Positions 48,438 through 60,560 of a stretch of DNA of 64,000 nucleotides are shown here, piece after piece. Position 1 is the first letter of the stretch. Every line of letters begins with the position of its first letter. Below the pieces are notes generated by a model that saw only the letters and a list, made by a program, of their open reading frames with translations, was not told the origin of the DNA and made no database searches. Origin of the DNA: Octopus vulgaris (lineage: Eukaryota); contig OX597818.1 in the NCBI GenBank assembly GCA_951406725.2, positions 19,964,001 to 20,028,000 on the forward strand. Direction: 5' to 3'. The translations under genes were made by a program, and so were the position numbers.

Positions 48438-51152
48438 CCGTAAAAACCCATGTAATTTACTCACTTTTTTCAAGAGTGTGTAAATTACATGAGTAGATCA
48501 TTTCCAGAATTGTTTTTTCTAGCGGGGTCATATGAAATTGTCACCCATAATTATGACCCTAGTATTGATCTATTGCATTTCAATCTGTTTTAGGGTTAGG
48601 GTTAGAGTTAGGGGTGGGGGGGAAGGGTATCTTTTTTTCTTCAGAAATGTAAATAAACCCAATCTGTTTCTTAAACGAGGGACATATTCATAAGGCACAG
48701 AATGTTTTTTAGCTCAATAGACGTCACTGATTGGTTGAAATTGCAGAAATTGAAGAAAAAAAAACAACAAATATCTTACAAACTATAGAAGTTTCTCAAT
48801 AAAGCCAAGAGAAAAATGTTTTATAAACACATTCTACCAGTATACAAAATTTAAAATTTTTTAGTTACCTAGAAATTATGTTAAAAACTGCCGTTCAAAC
48901 CGAAAAGATCCACAAAATGTAAACATTCCTACCAAAAGTTGACTCATTTGATGTCAGAATAGGTTTTTACAGAAAAAAAACAAGGGCTTAAATATAATGA
49001 AGTTGACTTTTATTCATGCTGGATAGTATAATGCTTACTTTTTATGTATAAATTTACTAAAACCATTAAATGGTTAACTACTTTTTGAAGTCTAGTGTTC
49101 ATGCTGGTAATCACAGTCTGGGTCATATTTTATATTGCTTGCAGTTTCTACCTAACGCTATGGAGTACCATTGACATACATAGTGATATGGGTATTCGTG
49201 ACTGAAAAAATGTAATGATTTGGATAATCTTGATTATGATTTTATTTTTGTCTGATTTTCTTGTTTTATTGTGAGACCAGCAAAGTTGGTGAGGATGGTA
49301 AGGAAAAGGATGTATATGTTTTCAATTTACATCCTGATTACTACCATTCTTGACATTGCTGTGAGCTACCAACTATTAGGAGCAATGTGCAGCTGTTCAG
49401 TTGCAATCATGTCTAAAATAAGATTTTCCTGAACATTACTTAACTAAAACAACAAACAGTTTTAAAACTTTTATGTACTATATGAAAATGTACAGGCAAT
49501 GCATAACAAATATTATTATATTGAAATGGATAATATTCTTATTAAGCAGTTCGTGTTTCAATCTCATTGGTGATTGAGAGCACTGGTATTTACCATTCAC
49601 TTGTTAAAGTCAATCCTGTTTATCAAATCCAAAGAACTTGTCCTCATCATCCGACATAAAAATGCCTCTGCATCAAATTCATTAGTGTCCTTGTCATGAT
49701 AATATACATCCATGACATCATCTTGTTCGTCAGCATGATCATCGCAAGTAGCAGGTTCGGATTGTCACAAAACATCATCCTGCATACCATCAAGATGGTT
49801 GGAAATGCTGCACTTAAGAAATGATTTCACAATGATCTTGGGGTCAAGTTCATTTCATACCTCAAGAATCCATTGGCATATCTTGTCTAATTCGAGCTTT
49901 TTCATACGGCCACCTTTAGTAAAAGAATATTTATTGCCACTAATCCAGTTGTTCCGCTTTTGGCACAAAGCACATTTCATGGATTTGTTCACACCAACAT
50001 CTAACAGCTGCAAAATTGAAGTCATTTCACTGGGGATGGTAGCAAATTCATAGCTGTCACTTCTTAATACATCTTTCATATAGTCCGACTTATGGCATCC
50101 AAAACTAATAAACTATGTTCACAGGTATTGGGAACTTGTCCTCATGCAAGTCTTAGCCATTCTTTCATGTTGGATTCAGCCATCCAACCTTTTTCATGGA
50201 CTCTAATGATTATGCCTTTTGGAAAGTTTAACTTTGGCAATGTTTTTCTTTTGAAGAAAACATATGGTGGCAATTTTGTTCTGTCTCCCAAGTATGCTAG
50301 TATCACAGTAAATCTATTCTTTCCATTTCCAGTTGTTCTTATTTTAACTGATTTTTCATTAACATGTGTCACTGTTGTGTCATACAGCAAATCAAATGTT
50401 AAAAAGGTTTGGTCTGCATTCCCAATGCATGACAGTTCAATATTATATTTTCTTCTAACTTTGATAATATAACTCTGAAAATTTGTCAACTTTTCTTCAT
50501 AATCTTCAGAAAGTCTGCGCAATTGTTATTCTACACTTAAGTCATAACAAATCCTAAAATGATAGCATCAGTTGAACAAAGCTTTAAAGTCCACACTATC
50601 AGCTATATTTGGTCTTAAATAACTGACTAGCACGTAATGTTATCTTGGTGGTACTTACACCAAAACCCTCATCATGTTTGTCACATATCCAATGATAAAT
50701 TCAGTCTCTAACTCAGAACATTTTGCAGATTTACCCCTATTGGCATCTTAATTACTAGGCAGTTTTAAGTTTGTCGTACTGTTTATGCCAATTTTGATTA
50801 TTGTCTTCATTAACATTAAAATGCCTTCTAGCAGCTCTATTGCCATGTTCAAATATATTCAACAATATTTAATTTCTCCTTCACAGTAAACAATTCATAA
50901 GTTCTGCCCATACTGACAATAATGGTAATGACAAACTTTTAAGTTTGCTTGATAGTTTATAAGTGTGAAAGGAATTCAAATTTCGATACTTTGTATCAAA
51001 GGTTCCAACAAGAATAGGTAGAAAATCAGACCTTTTTCCCCTGGCCATATCAGCAATTCTGAAAACATTTAGCTGTGAATTTTACATGAGTAGCTTTTTT
51101 TAGCAAATTTTATCCTGAAAGTTACCTGTGTAAATTACATGAGTTTTTATGG
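48438..51152 (-). mobile_element. pogo-superfamily transposon with POGK-like transposase, full length, decayed
   Basis: TA|ccgtaaaaacccatgtaatttac and gtaaattacatgagtttttatgg|TA TIRs. Transposase from ATG 50911: FTVKEKLNIVEY..EHGNRAARRHF; IGNADQT.LTFD; IRTTG..K.RFTVIL; KLPPYVFFKRK; KGWM; TSILQLLDVGVNK. Confidence 0.88.
48512..48911. mobile_element. About 400-bp insertion nested in the pogo element, containing TTAGGG-like repeats
   Basis: ttagggttagggttagagttagggg at 48590-48614; sharp distinctive right end aaaactgccgttcaaaccgaaaagatcc; left end unclear. Confidence 0.45.
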
Positions 51153-51160
51153 TATATATA

Positions 51161-52024
51161 TCAGTTGAATAAAGTTAACACATGATCTTGTTTTCATTTC
51201 ATTATTGTATTAAAAAAATTCTTTTGCAATGTTGAAGTGTGTTAAACATTGAAAAAATATTTTGTAATGTTCATAAAGTTCAATTAGCACTTTCATACAC
51301 TTGTAGTAATCATCAGATTTCAAATGTAATTTAACTGACAGTTGAGTTCTTGACAACTGTAGTAAAATGACTGACTTCTTCCTTTTTATACCTCTTAGAA
51401 TGCTCCAACAAGCTGAATTTTTCAAATACAAGTGATGTTGGAAGAAAGATAAAAGAAAAATGTTTTATTAAAATGTTCAAACCTGTTCTGAATGGAAACA
51501 ACAACAATAATATAACAACCAGTTAATGATGTGGATTAAAAAATATCTTTAACATATGAATATAAACAAATTACATAAGTCTCCCATCAATTGAAATAAA
51601 AACGATTGAAACCAACTAAGCTTGCTAACTCATAAAACCATTACAAGTAAACCGCAAGGTAATTAATAAAATAAAGGCAGGATTTATGCCAGTAATATCG
51701 GTGCACCTGGTAAAATGTGATGTTTAAGCTGCATGTAGATTGGTCAAAACCGTATTCGAAAAATTCAGCTTGTTGGAGCCTTCTAAGAAGTATAAAAAGG
51801 AAGAAGTCAGTCATTTTACTACAGTTGTCAAGAACTCAACTGTTAGTTAAATACATTTTGAAATCTGATAATTATTATGAACATATGAAAGCAGTAATTG
51901 AACTTTATGAGCATTAAAAAAAATATCTTTTTAATGTTTAACACACTTCAACATTGTAAAATTTTTTAAAATATAATAATAAAAAACATGAAAACCAGAC
52001 CATGTTTTAACTTTATTCAACTGA
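51161..52024. mobile_element. Foldback/MITE-like element with about 270-bp TIRs
   Basis: 51161-51429 is the reverse complement of 51752-52024 (mirror ORFs 51210-51431 and 51717-51917); TA-repeat flanks. Confidence 0.85.
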
Positions 52025-52303
52025 TATATTATTCTAGACACAAATTCAGAAAATATATATATATATATATATCATCATCATCATCATCATTTAACATCCG
52101 TTGTCCATACTGGCATGGGTTGGATGGTTTGACCAGAGCTGGCAAGCTGGGCAGCTGCACCAGACTCCAGTCTGATTTGGCATGGTTTCTACAGCTGGAT
52201 GCCCTTCCTAATACCAACTACTTTACAGAGTGTGCTGGGTACTTATATATATGTATGTATGCATGTATGTATGTATATGTTTATGTATGTATGTATATAT
52301 GTA

Positions 52304-52334
<31 letters not shown>

Positions 52335-52671
52335 GTATATATTTATATGTATACACACACACGCACATGCATGCATATCTATGTATACACTTGCGTATTT
52401 CTGCTCTAATACAGATGCTACAAGTGATTGTGTTGTTATTACTTATTTCAATAACATGTCCTCTTGTTTTGCATCTTCATGGATACATAAAATAAGAGAT
52501 CACTTGAAAAACAGGTTAAGAGTTTACATCCAGCTGTAAAACAATGTCTCAGTAATATATTCTTTTAACCCATGCAAGCATGGAATAATGGATGTAAAAT
52601 TGTATGAATGAATATTTAAACTTAAACAATGTTAATTTTTATCATCTGTAGTTATTTATTGCAACCTGTTT

Positions 52672-52955
52672 CTATCCGAGCGTGGCCGTCTGCCAGCCTC
52701 GTCTGGCACCTGTGTCGGTGGCACATAAAAAACACCATCTGAGCGTGGCCGTTTGCCAGCCTCGTCTGGCACCTGTGTCGGTGGCACATAAAATCACCCA
52801 CTACACTCTCGGAGTGGTTGGCGTTAGGAAGGGCATCCAGCTGTAGAAACACTGCCAGATCTGACTGGACTGGTGCAGCCTTCGGGCTCCCCAGACCCCA
52901 GTTGAACCGTCCAACCCATGCTAGCATGGAAAGCGGACGTTAAATGATGATGATG
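52672..52955 (+). mobile_element. RTE 3'UTR copy with two near-identical 63-bp units (young)
   Basis: gagcgtggccgt.tgccagcctcgtctggcacctgtgtcggtggcacataaaa at 52678 and 52741. Confidence 0.85.
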
Positions 52956-53052
52956 CTGAGAAGCAATGAATAAGTCTTTTGTTCACAACATTATCAACAT
53001 TTATTTCCATCATTCTGTGTATGTGTGCTGTATTTGCTCATATATACACATA

Positions 53053-54578
53053 CAAGGTGCATTCCAGAAACTTTGAGACTTTTTCAAAGCACAAAACACT
53101 AATCTCCTTCGAAGTAGGATCCCCTGATTTCATTGCACTTGAAGTGCTCCAGTTGCTTCCTGAAGACCCCATGGAAACCCTCCAAATAAGGCGGTGAGCT
53201 GGCAGAAACATTAGCATGCCAGGAGAAATGCTTAGTGGTATTTCGTCTGCTGTTATGTTCTGAGTTCAAATTCCACCGAGGTCAACTTTGCTTTTCATCC
53301 TTTCAGGGTCGATAAATTAAGTACCAGTCATGCACTGGGGTCGATCTAATTGACTTAATCCCTTGTTTGTCCCCTCTTATGTTTAGCCTCTTGTGGGCAA
53401 TAAAGAAATAGGAAACCCTCCAAAGGGAAGATGTCCAGGACCCTTGTCACAGCTTCCTTCATCTTCTTGATGTCTTCAAAATGACTGCCCCTAAAGTTCT
53501 TCAGCTTAGGGAACAACCAAAAGTCACAGAGAGCAAGGTTTGGACTGTAGTGGGGGTGAGGTACAGTTTTGATGCCCACCTCTCTCAAGTAGTTGGTTAC
53601 CAGTATGGGATTGTGGACTGGTGCATTGCCCTTGTGCAGGTGCCACTGACCTGACTGGAAGTGCTTTGGCCTTTTGTGTCAAAATCTCTTTCTGAACTCC
53701 CTTGAAACTTCCACAAAGTACTCTTTGTTAATTCTCTGGCCAGGGGGTATCCAGTGTATGTAGATGATGTCCTTGCTATCAAAAAATGGAATCATTAAGA
53801 GATTTCCAGTGGACTTGCTTTGCTTGGCCTTCTTTTATCTGGGGCAGTTGAAATGCTTCCATTGGGTACTTCTGTTTCTTGGTCTCTGGATCATAACAGT
53901 AGATCTAGCTTTCATCACAGGTCACCAGAGACTTAAAAACTCTTGGATTGGAAGTGATGAGTTCAACCATCTCCTTACTGTCTTTCCTTCTGTTCATCAC
54001 TGAGCACCCTGGGAACAAACATTGCACAAATTTTGCACATGTTTAGATTTTCATGAATAATTCCATGTACACTTGCCACACCAACTCCAAACGCTATGCT
54101 TATTGTCTTTATAGACATATGATGGTCATTCACAAAATTGCAAAATTTTCTCAACTAATTTCAATGTTCTGATGTTCCTCTCCCTTCCACACTTCTCATT
54201 GTTTCTCACCTCAACTCTACTGTCCTTGAACCTCTGTGCCAGTGAGAAACAGATGCTCAGTTCATACAAATTAATCCATAAGCAATGTGGAGCATTTCAT
54301 AAGTTTCCCTAGTGTTTTCACCCAATTTAACAAAACTTTATTTCATAGCAAACTTCCTAACTATCTTCACACCCCAACTGCATTCTGCAAACTAGTCAGC
54401 TGTGACAAGCAGTATTTAGCAGGGAGTGTTCAAAGTGCTGCTATGATTGTCTCCTTCAATCTGGAATAACAAAAGTTGGTAGATGTATAGTAATGATATA
54501 CTCAAATAAAAGTAATTTTTCACAGTTATAATTTGCCTCTCCTAAAATAGTCCCAAAACTTCTGGAATGTGCCACTTG
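53053..54578 (-). mobile_element. mariner-like transposon, full length (about 1.29 kb without the SINE), decayed
   Basis: TIRs caag..gca..ttccagaa..ttt g.gact; VPHPHYSPNLALCDFWLFPKLK (YSPDLAP.D motif). Confidence 0.85.
53187..53410 (+). mobile_element. SINE family B inserted in the mariner, 14-bp TSD
   Basis: TSD ggaaaccctccaaa at 53173-53186 and 53411-53424. Confidence 0.9.
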
Positions 54579-54616
54579 TCCACACATGCATGCATCCACA
54601 TATGCACTTACATACA

Positions 54617-54683
<67 letters not shown>

Positions 54684-54869
54684 CGAAAATATATGGACAG
54701 ATGAAAATACAAGCAGGTACAATGACACGTACACACACATACATATACATGCATGCACATTATATATATATATATATGTATGTATCTGTTACATATTTTT
54801 TTCCTCACTCATTCTCTTTATCTATCATGCTTTCTACAACTTTCAACATGGAATAAAAACCGTATGCAG

Positions 54870-54921
54870 AATATCTCAGCAATTAGATAAAAAAGCTCTT
54901 CCAGTCCTGTGGATTGATGAG
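54870..54921 (+). CDS. SCARB2: SCARB2-like coding exon 11 (ISQQLDKKALPVLWIDE)
   Basis: Strong GAG|gtaagt donor and PVLW motif. The only phase-compatible nearby acceptor is atgcag| at 54869, which lacks an adjacent pyrimidine tract, so the start is less certain. Confidence 0.85.
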
Positions 54922-55416
54922 GTAAGTACTTGACCCTTTTCTTCCCTATTCTTCTAGAAAAGTATAGTGCCACCCTCTCCTTCTAGATCTGAAAGTATTT
55001 TCAGTTTCTTCTTTAGTTACTGCAAATTCTTCTTTAGTTACTGCTCTTTTGAACTAATACATTGTACCCACAACAATCTCAAGATCACTTCATACATCCT
55101 TTCTCATCATTCTTACTCTGTACTGAGCTTTATATTAAGTGCTTTCCTCAAAACCCTCATCTCCAGACCTGCAGCCCTCTGGAACTCCCTTCATGCCCTC
55201 AATTTCCATAAAGAAATCCAAACTGAACATCAGCCACACCAAATTCATTAATTTAAGTGACTTAGCAAAATTTATGTACTCTGTCTTTTCTCATCCCAGG
55301 ACTAAAAGTTGAAAAAGAAAAGTTATCAAAAGCTTTTAAGGGCTGATACTTTGATGCAGCTTCTCTTGTCCATCATATACAACATTCCTAGATTATAATT
55401 ATGATTTTCCAAGGTA

Positions 55417-56005
55417 TTAGGTTGGCCAAAATATCCATTCAGTTTTTGTTGACACTAAACTTTAAGCACTCTAGTAAGCAGCTAACTTCAATCTGTCTCT
55501 TGCACAAGTGCACTCATCAGATACTTGACACTTCAATAGTTCAATACAAACTTGTGACAAGTTGTATTTTTTGTGTTAGGAATCATCCTGAAAGGGAAAA
55601 CCAAAACAAACATTATCAACACCTCATGCTTTTTTTTATTTTAAAAAAGGCAAAAAAGTGGTAGAAACCTGCAGAACAATATGCATTAGAGGAAGCTGTT
55701 GTGGAACATGTGTACCAGAAGTGGTTTTTCAAGATTTCAATTGGGAAACTTTTCAGTTCAAGTCACACCTTTCTCCATCCAGGCAACTGAGATTAACAAC
55801 AACAAAATTAAGGAGTTAGTTGCCACAACCCCCGTTGTATGACCATAATGATCACAGATATTCTCCAAGTTTCCAAATCAAGCATTGAAAACCATCTGCA
55901 TCAACTTGGTTATGTCAGCTGGCTTGAAGTTTGGGTCCTACATTAATTGAATAAGACTAACCTCACCCAGCCAATTTCCATCTGTGATTTGTTGCAGAAA
56001 TGGAA
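55417..56005 (+). mobile_element. Second mariner, 5' part
   Basis: TA|ttaggttggccaaaa terminus; ENQNKHYQHLMLF..KKGKK..ETCRTIC N-terminal HTH remnant. Confidence 0.7.
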
Positions 56006-56007
56006 AG

Positions 56008-56200
56008 ATGCATATATACCGTGATGTACATATACTATGATGCACACATTCTGCAATGCACACATTCCATGTTGCACATATTCCACGATGCACATATTCT
56101 GCGAAGCACATAATTTGCAAAGCACATAATCCATGATGCACATAATCCATGATGCACATATTACATGATGCACATATTCCGCAATGCACATATTCTGTGA
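56008..56200. repeat. About 16-bp minisatellite (atgcacatattccatg-like), about 11 units
   Basis: Periodic gcaca(c/t)a(t/a)t motif. Confidence 0.85.
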
Positions 56201-58237
56201 CGACTCGTTTCACTAAAACAACTAAATTCATATCTTTTTGAATGTTCTATATTACTATTCATATTTTCTATGTACTTTTTTTTCTGTTCACTTTGAAAAT
56301 GTTTGTATTCTTACATACACACAGGCATGCACTTTTCCTCAGCACCTGGTCTTGCACACATTGTTCATGCACACATACATGCTAACACTGTCACATTCAT
56401 GCACCACACCATGCCTTTCTCGCTTGTTTTTCATGTTCCCTGCACTCTTGTAGACACAACTCACCTCTGCAAAAGCCTAGGTCAGTCACATATACATAGA
56501 GAAAATTGTTTGTTCCTTACAATGTGCCAACATGTCACAATTTTTGCTCTTGCACATTCCAAGGCATTTAATACCTCATGCATTGGCTGGCATATCCAGC
56601 ACTGCCTTAAGCACTGGCATATTCAACATTGTACACTGTAATTAATGCACTAGCTCACTGCCTTGTGAGTCTTTATGCACACATGCACATGCAACTCTAT
56701 TATGCCTCTACTGCCTTGTTTTTCAACATGTCTGTGCCAGCTTAGCTCAGCTCTTTTCCTGATTTGATGCATATCGGATGTTCACATGCTCTGCGCTCAT
56801 GTTTAGACATAGTTTCCCTCTGTTAGACCCCTGTTTGGTTATGTAATGAATGGAGAAAATTACCTATCTCATGCATCACTCCAGCATGCTCCACTGTCGT
56901 TCTTGCTAACCTCAGCAATTAACCACAACAACAATATCAGACACGTTTCACTTCAGAAAAACCTTCAAGGCATTTTCACACACTGCAATCTTGCAGGAAG
57001 AGCCTCGGTATCCTGGATTGCAAATACACTCACTCGCTAACCTGAGTTCATTTTATACTGAATTTTGATACGTTCACCTGCACTCGTGTATACGTCCTCA
57101 CACGCACATAGGTGTTAACTCATTTTCCGTACTGCCCAGTCACTGACTGCACATTCTGGCACAAAAAGCGACACTGCTATTCAGACTCACTTGAATGAAT
57201 ATCTATCCCATATACACTTCCCTGAACCTCTCTCCTGATTTGCAAAATTTTTCTTCAACCATGCATTTCTTTCTCTTCCTCGATTGTTTGTTTCCTTTTC
57301 TTGTAACCTCTCTGGAGAGAGAGTGATGTAGTGGCTTCATACAGGCATAGCGTGGACTTGATCCTAGATCACCAAATTTCACTTAACAGTTCAACAGCAT
57401 TTTCTCACGGTGAAACAATAGTTTTTCTGTGAATGATAGCAGTTACATTTGCCAGATGCTTTTGCTAAGCAGAATAATGTCTTTACCACTTGACCCTTCT
57501 AACCTCTTCTAGGCCACCAAAAGCTAGAACAGAGATAACAAACCGCCAACAAAATCGATTGTTCCAGCAATATGTTTATCCTACTGGCTGGTTTTGGATA
57601 GTTATAAAAGCAAGAACTCCACAAGCCAAAGTCAGTTAGTGAGAGTGACGGACAGAGAGGTGGCTGACTGGCTCAAGCAAAATGCTGTCTCGACTGAGGT
57701 AACTTCACAGTGTGACAACTATGGAATTAACCAATGTAGGAGCTGCCTCGTCCTACACTCTCTTGCTTTCACTGACTCACTTTCTTTTCTCTCTAACATT
57801 ACCATATCTCTCTATATATACTACTATGAGATTGTGTACACACATACTGGCTGAAATTAACTCTTTTTACCTCGCATGCTTTTCCATTTACTAATTATAC
57901 ATACCAACCCATCGTGGTTTTGGATATATACAAAGTAACGGTAAATAAATGTTTCTTTACAACATTGATCACTGTTCTTCTTCCATCTTGCTTACTGGCA
58001 ACCAACACCTTTACTACATTAGTTACAAAATGGTAACTCACCAATGAAGAACTAACCGTTACACATACATATGTATACATGTATACATACACGTGTATAC
58101 ATAAAGGCAAACACACAAAGTCACACAGATACATGCACTAGCGTACTTGCAGGCATGTACATATCCACCCATATATCAAAGTTTATTGCCTCCTTTAACA
58201 TTTACTCTCCTCTTTCTTTTACTTTTCATATTTTCAG

Positions 58238-58402
58238 AATGCTGAAGTTGATTCAGAGACTGCTAAGAAGTTCCAAGATGAGGTGGGAATTCCAATGAAA
58301 GTAATGTTTGGAGTTAAATATGGTCTCCTAAGTCTTGGCGGTTTCCTAGTACTTTTGGCTCTGTTGCTACTGATGCGTAATGCAATTGTATCTGAAACTA
58401 AG
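58238..58402 (+). CDS. SCARB2: SCARB2-like coding exon 12 (NAEVDSETAKKF...C-terminal TM...RNAIVSETK)
   Basis: Long pyrimidine tract with ttttcag| acceptor, AAG|gtactg donor, 165 nt, phase 0-0, hydrophobic GLLSLGGFLVLLALLLLM. Confidence 0.92.
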
Positions 58403-58452
58403 GTACTGTCATATTTTTGGTTAAATTATGCATTTTCTGTTAATTTGTATGA

Positions 58453-58552
<100 letters not shown>

Positions 58553-58805
58553 CATTATGAAAAAGCAAAAAACAAAACAAAGGAATAGTTTTTATTATTA
58601 ATATTATTATATTGATTTTAAAATCCCTCTTAGAGTCTATGCTAACTTTCTTCTTTATAAAGTCAATAAAATAAAATAAAGGTCAAGAACCAGATATTGA
58701 TTTGCACGCTAACGATCTATCATGGCGACTGATAGATCTCGACTTTTCTCTCCTCGTTTCTCCTTTTTTCTCTCTTTGTTTCTCTCCTTTTTTTTTTCTG
58801 TGTCC

Positions 58806-58841
58806 CTTTCTGTAGAAGAGCGTAGGCTCGAAATGTAAAAG
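58806..58841 (+). ncRNA. Degenerate minimal hammerhead (CUGUAGA core) in a Penelope-like terminus; sister copy at 41339-41374
   Basis: CUUU CUGUAGA A GAGC-GUAG-GCUC GAAAU GUA AAAG. Confidence 0.45.
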
Positions 58842-58940
58842 ACTTTTTCTATTCCTGAGCATTATACTTATACATCTATTTGTTTTGTACACCACCTATC
58901 TTCGTCTTTTGTTTTTTTTTGTAAACTCTCCCTATATATA

Positions 58941-58975
<35 letters not shown>

Positions 58976-59267
58976 GGGGGGGGGGGTTCTGTGTGTATAC
59001 ATGTACATTCCCCACTTATTCTTTAACTGTTTGTATGAAACATCTTGTATATATGGGCTGCCCATGTGACCAATAAAAGAAAGGATTATTAATATTATTA
59101 GGTTCTAGTAGCAGCATAGAAATGTCAAGTTCCTCACTATTTGTCACCACCTCATCCTTTCCTCTACAAAATTGTTGAATGTAACAAATGATTTTTTTTC
59201 TTTATTTTTCTGTTTTTAAATTAATTGATGACAAAATGGTTTCTAAACATTTCTTTTTCTGTTTCAG

Positions 59268-59291
59268 CGACATGGTTACGAAAGCATATAA
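59268..59291 (+). CDS. SCARB2: SCARB2-like terminal coding exon 13 (RHGYESI*)
   Basis: tttctttttctgtttcag| acceptor in phase 0, yields GYxxI-stop. Short exon, so RNA support is needed. Confidence 0.78.
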   Translation, partial: RHGYESI

Positions 59292-59475
59292 GCATAACAT
59301 TAGTGGACAACTGAGTGCTTGGGGTTAAATTTTTTTTTCCAACCAATTTTCCCCTTTTACCAATTTATTCAAAAAAAGTCTCCAGTTCAAGTCACAACTT
59401 TAATGGCTCTATTACAAGACAGTTGAATGGTTTAAAAAAAGAACATGTTGTTGTTGTTATGATTATTCTTATTAC

Positions 59476-59520
<45 letters not shown>

Positions 59521-59525
59521 GATAC

Positions 59526-59735
59526 AGGTGGCAAGCTGACAGAATTGTTAGCATGCTGGACGAAATGCTTAGCGGTATTTCGCCTGTTGCTACATTCTAA
59601 GTTCAAATTCCACCGAGGTCAACTTTGCCTTTCATCCTTTCAGGGTCAATAAATTAATTACCAGTTGAGCACTGAGGTCGATGTGATCGACTGTCCCCCT
59701 CCCCTCAAAATCCAGGCTGTGTGCCTATAGTAGAA

Positions 59736-59779
<44 letters not shown>

Positions 59780-60560
59780 CAAGGCACCAAGCTGTCAGAA
59801 TTGTTAGCATACCAGACAAAAATCCTTAGCAGTATTTTTTCCAGCTTTATGTTTTGAGTTCAAAATACCACTGAGATTGACTTTGCTTTTCATTTTGTCA
59901 GGGGTAATAAAATAAGTACCAGTTGAGCACTGGGGTTGATATAATTGACTTCCCCTCCCCTCAAATTGCTGGCCTTGGCTAAACAAAATTACAAATGTGT
60001 TCTGAATTTGAATTTTGTTAGGGTTAACTTCACCTTTCATTCTTCTGGGGCTATCAGAATAAGAACAATTATTAGACCAGGTTTGATATAACCTACTGCT
60101 GATGCAACAAAATTGATATGCTCTTTTCAAGAGTTGTGCTCTTGAGCCAGTTATTATTATTATTAAGCTGGTAAAATTGTTAGCATGCTGGACAAAATGC
60201 TTAACAGCATTTTGTCCATATATACTTTCTGAATTCAAATTCACTGAGGTTGACTTTGCTTTTCATCCTTTCAGGGTCGATAAAATAAGTACCATTTGAG
60301 CACTGAGTTTGATGTAATTGACTAGTCCTCTTTCCCTCAAATTTAAGGCTTTGTGCCTGTAGTAGAAAGGATTTTTATTATTATTAAGGCGGCAACATCT
60401 GTCTTTATGTTCTGAGTTCAAATTCCATCAAGGTTGATTTTGACTTTCATTCTCTCAGGGTTAATAAAATAAGTACCAGTTGAGCACAGGAGTCGATGTA
60501 GTTGACTTTCCTTCCCCTAAAAAAACCCCAGACCTTGTGCCTTTGATCAAAAGGATTATT
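59526..60560 (+). mobile_element. Head-to-tail cluster of at least 4 SINE family B copies separated by (ATT)n
   Basis: Repeated gagttcaaatt...gcctttcatcc...aagtaccagttgagcactg blocks. Confidence 0.8.

Noticed and set aside
48590-48627. True or interstitial telomere from chromosome fusion
   Set aside because: Only 3-4 imperfect units inside a repeat insertion within an intron
54880-54921. Alternative acceptor tctcag| for exon 11
   Set aside because: Wrong phase relative to exon 10; gives an immediate stop
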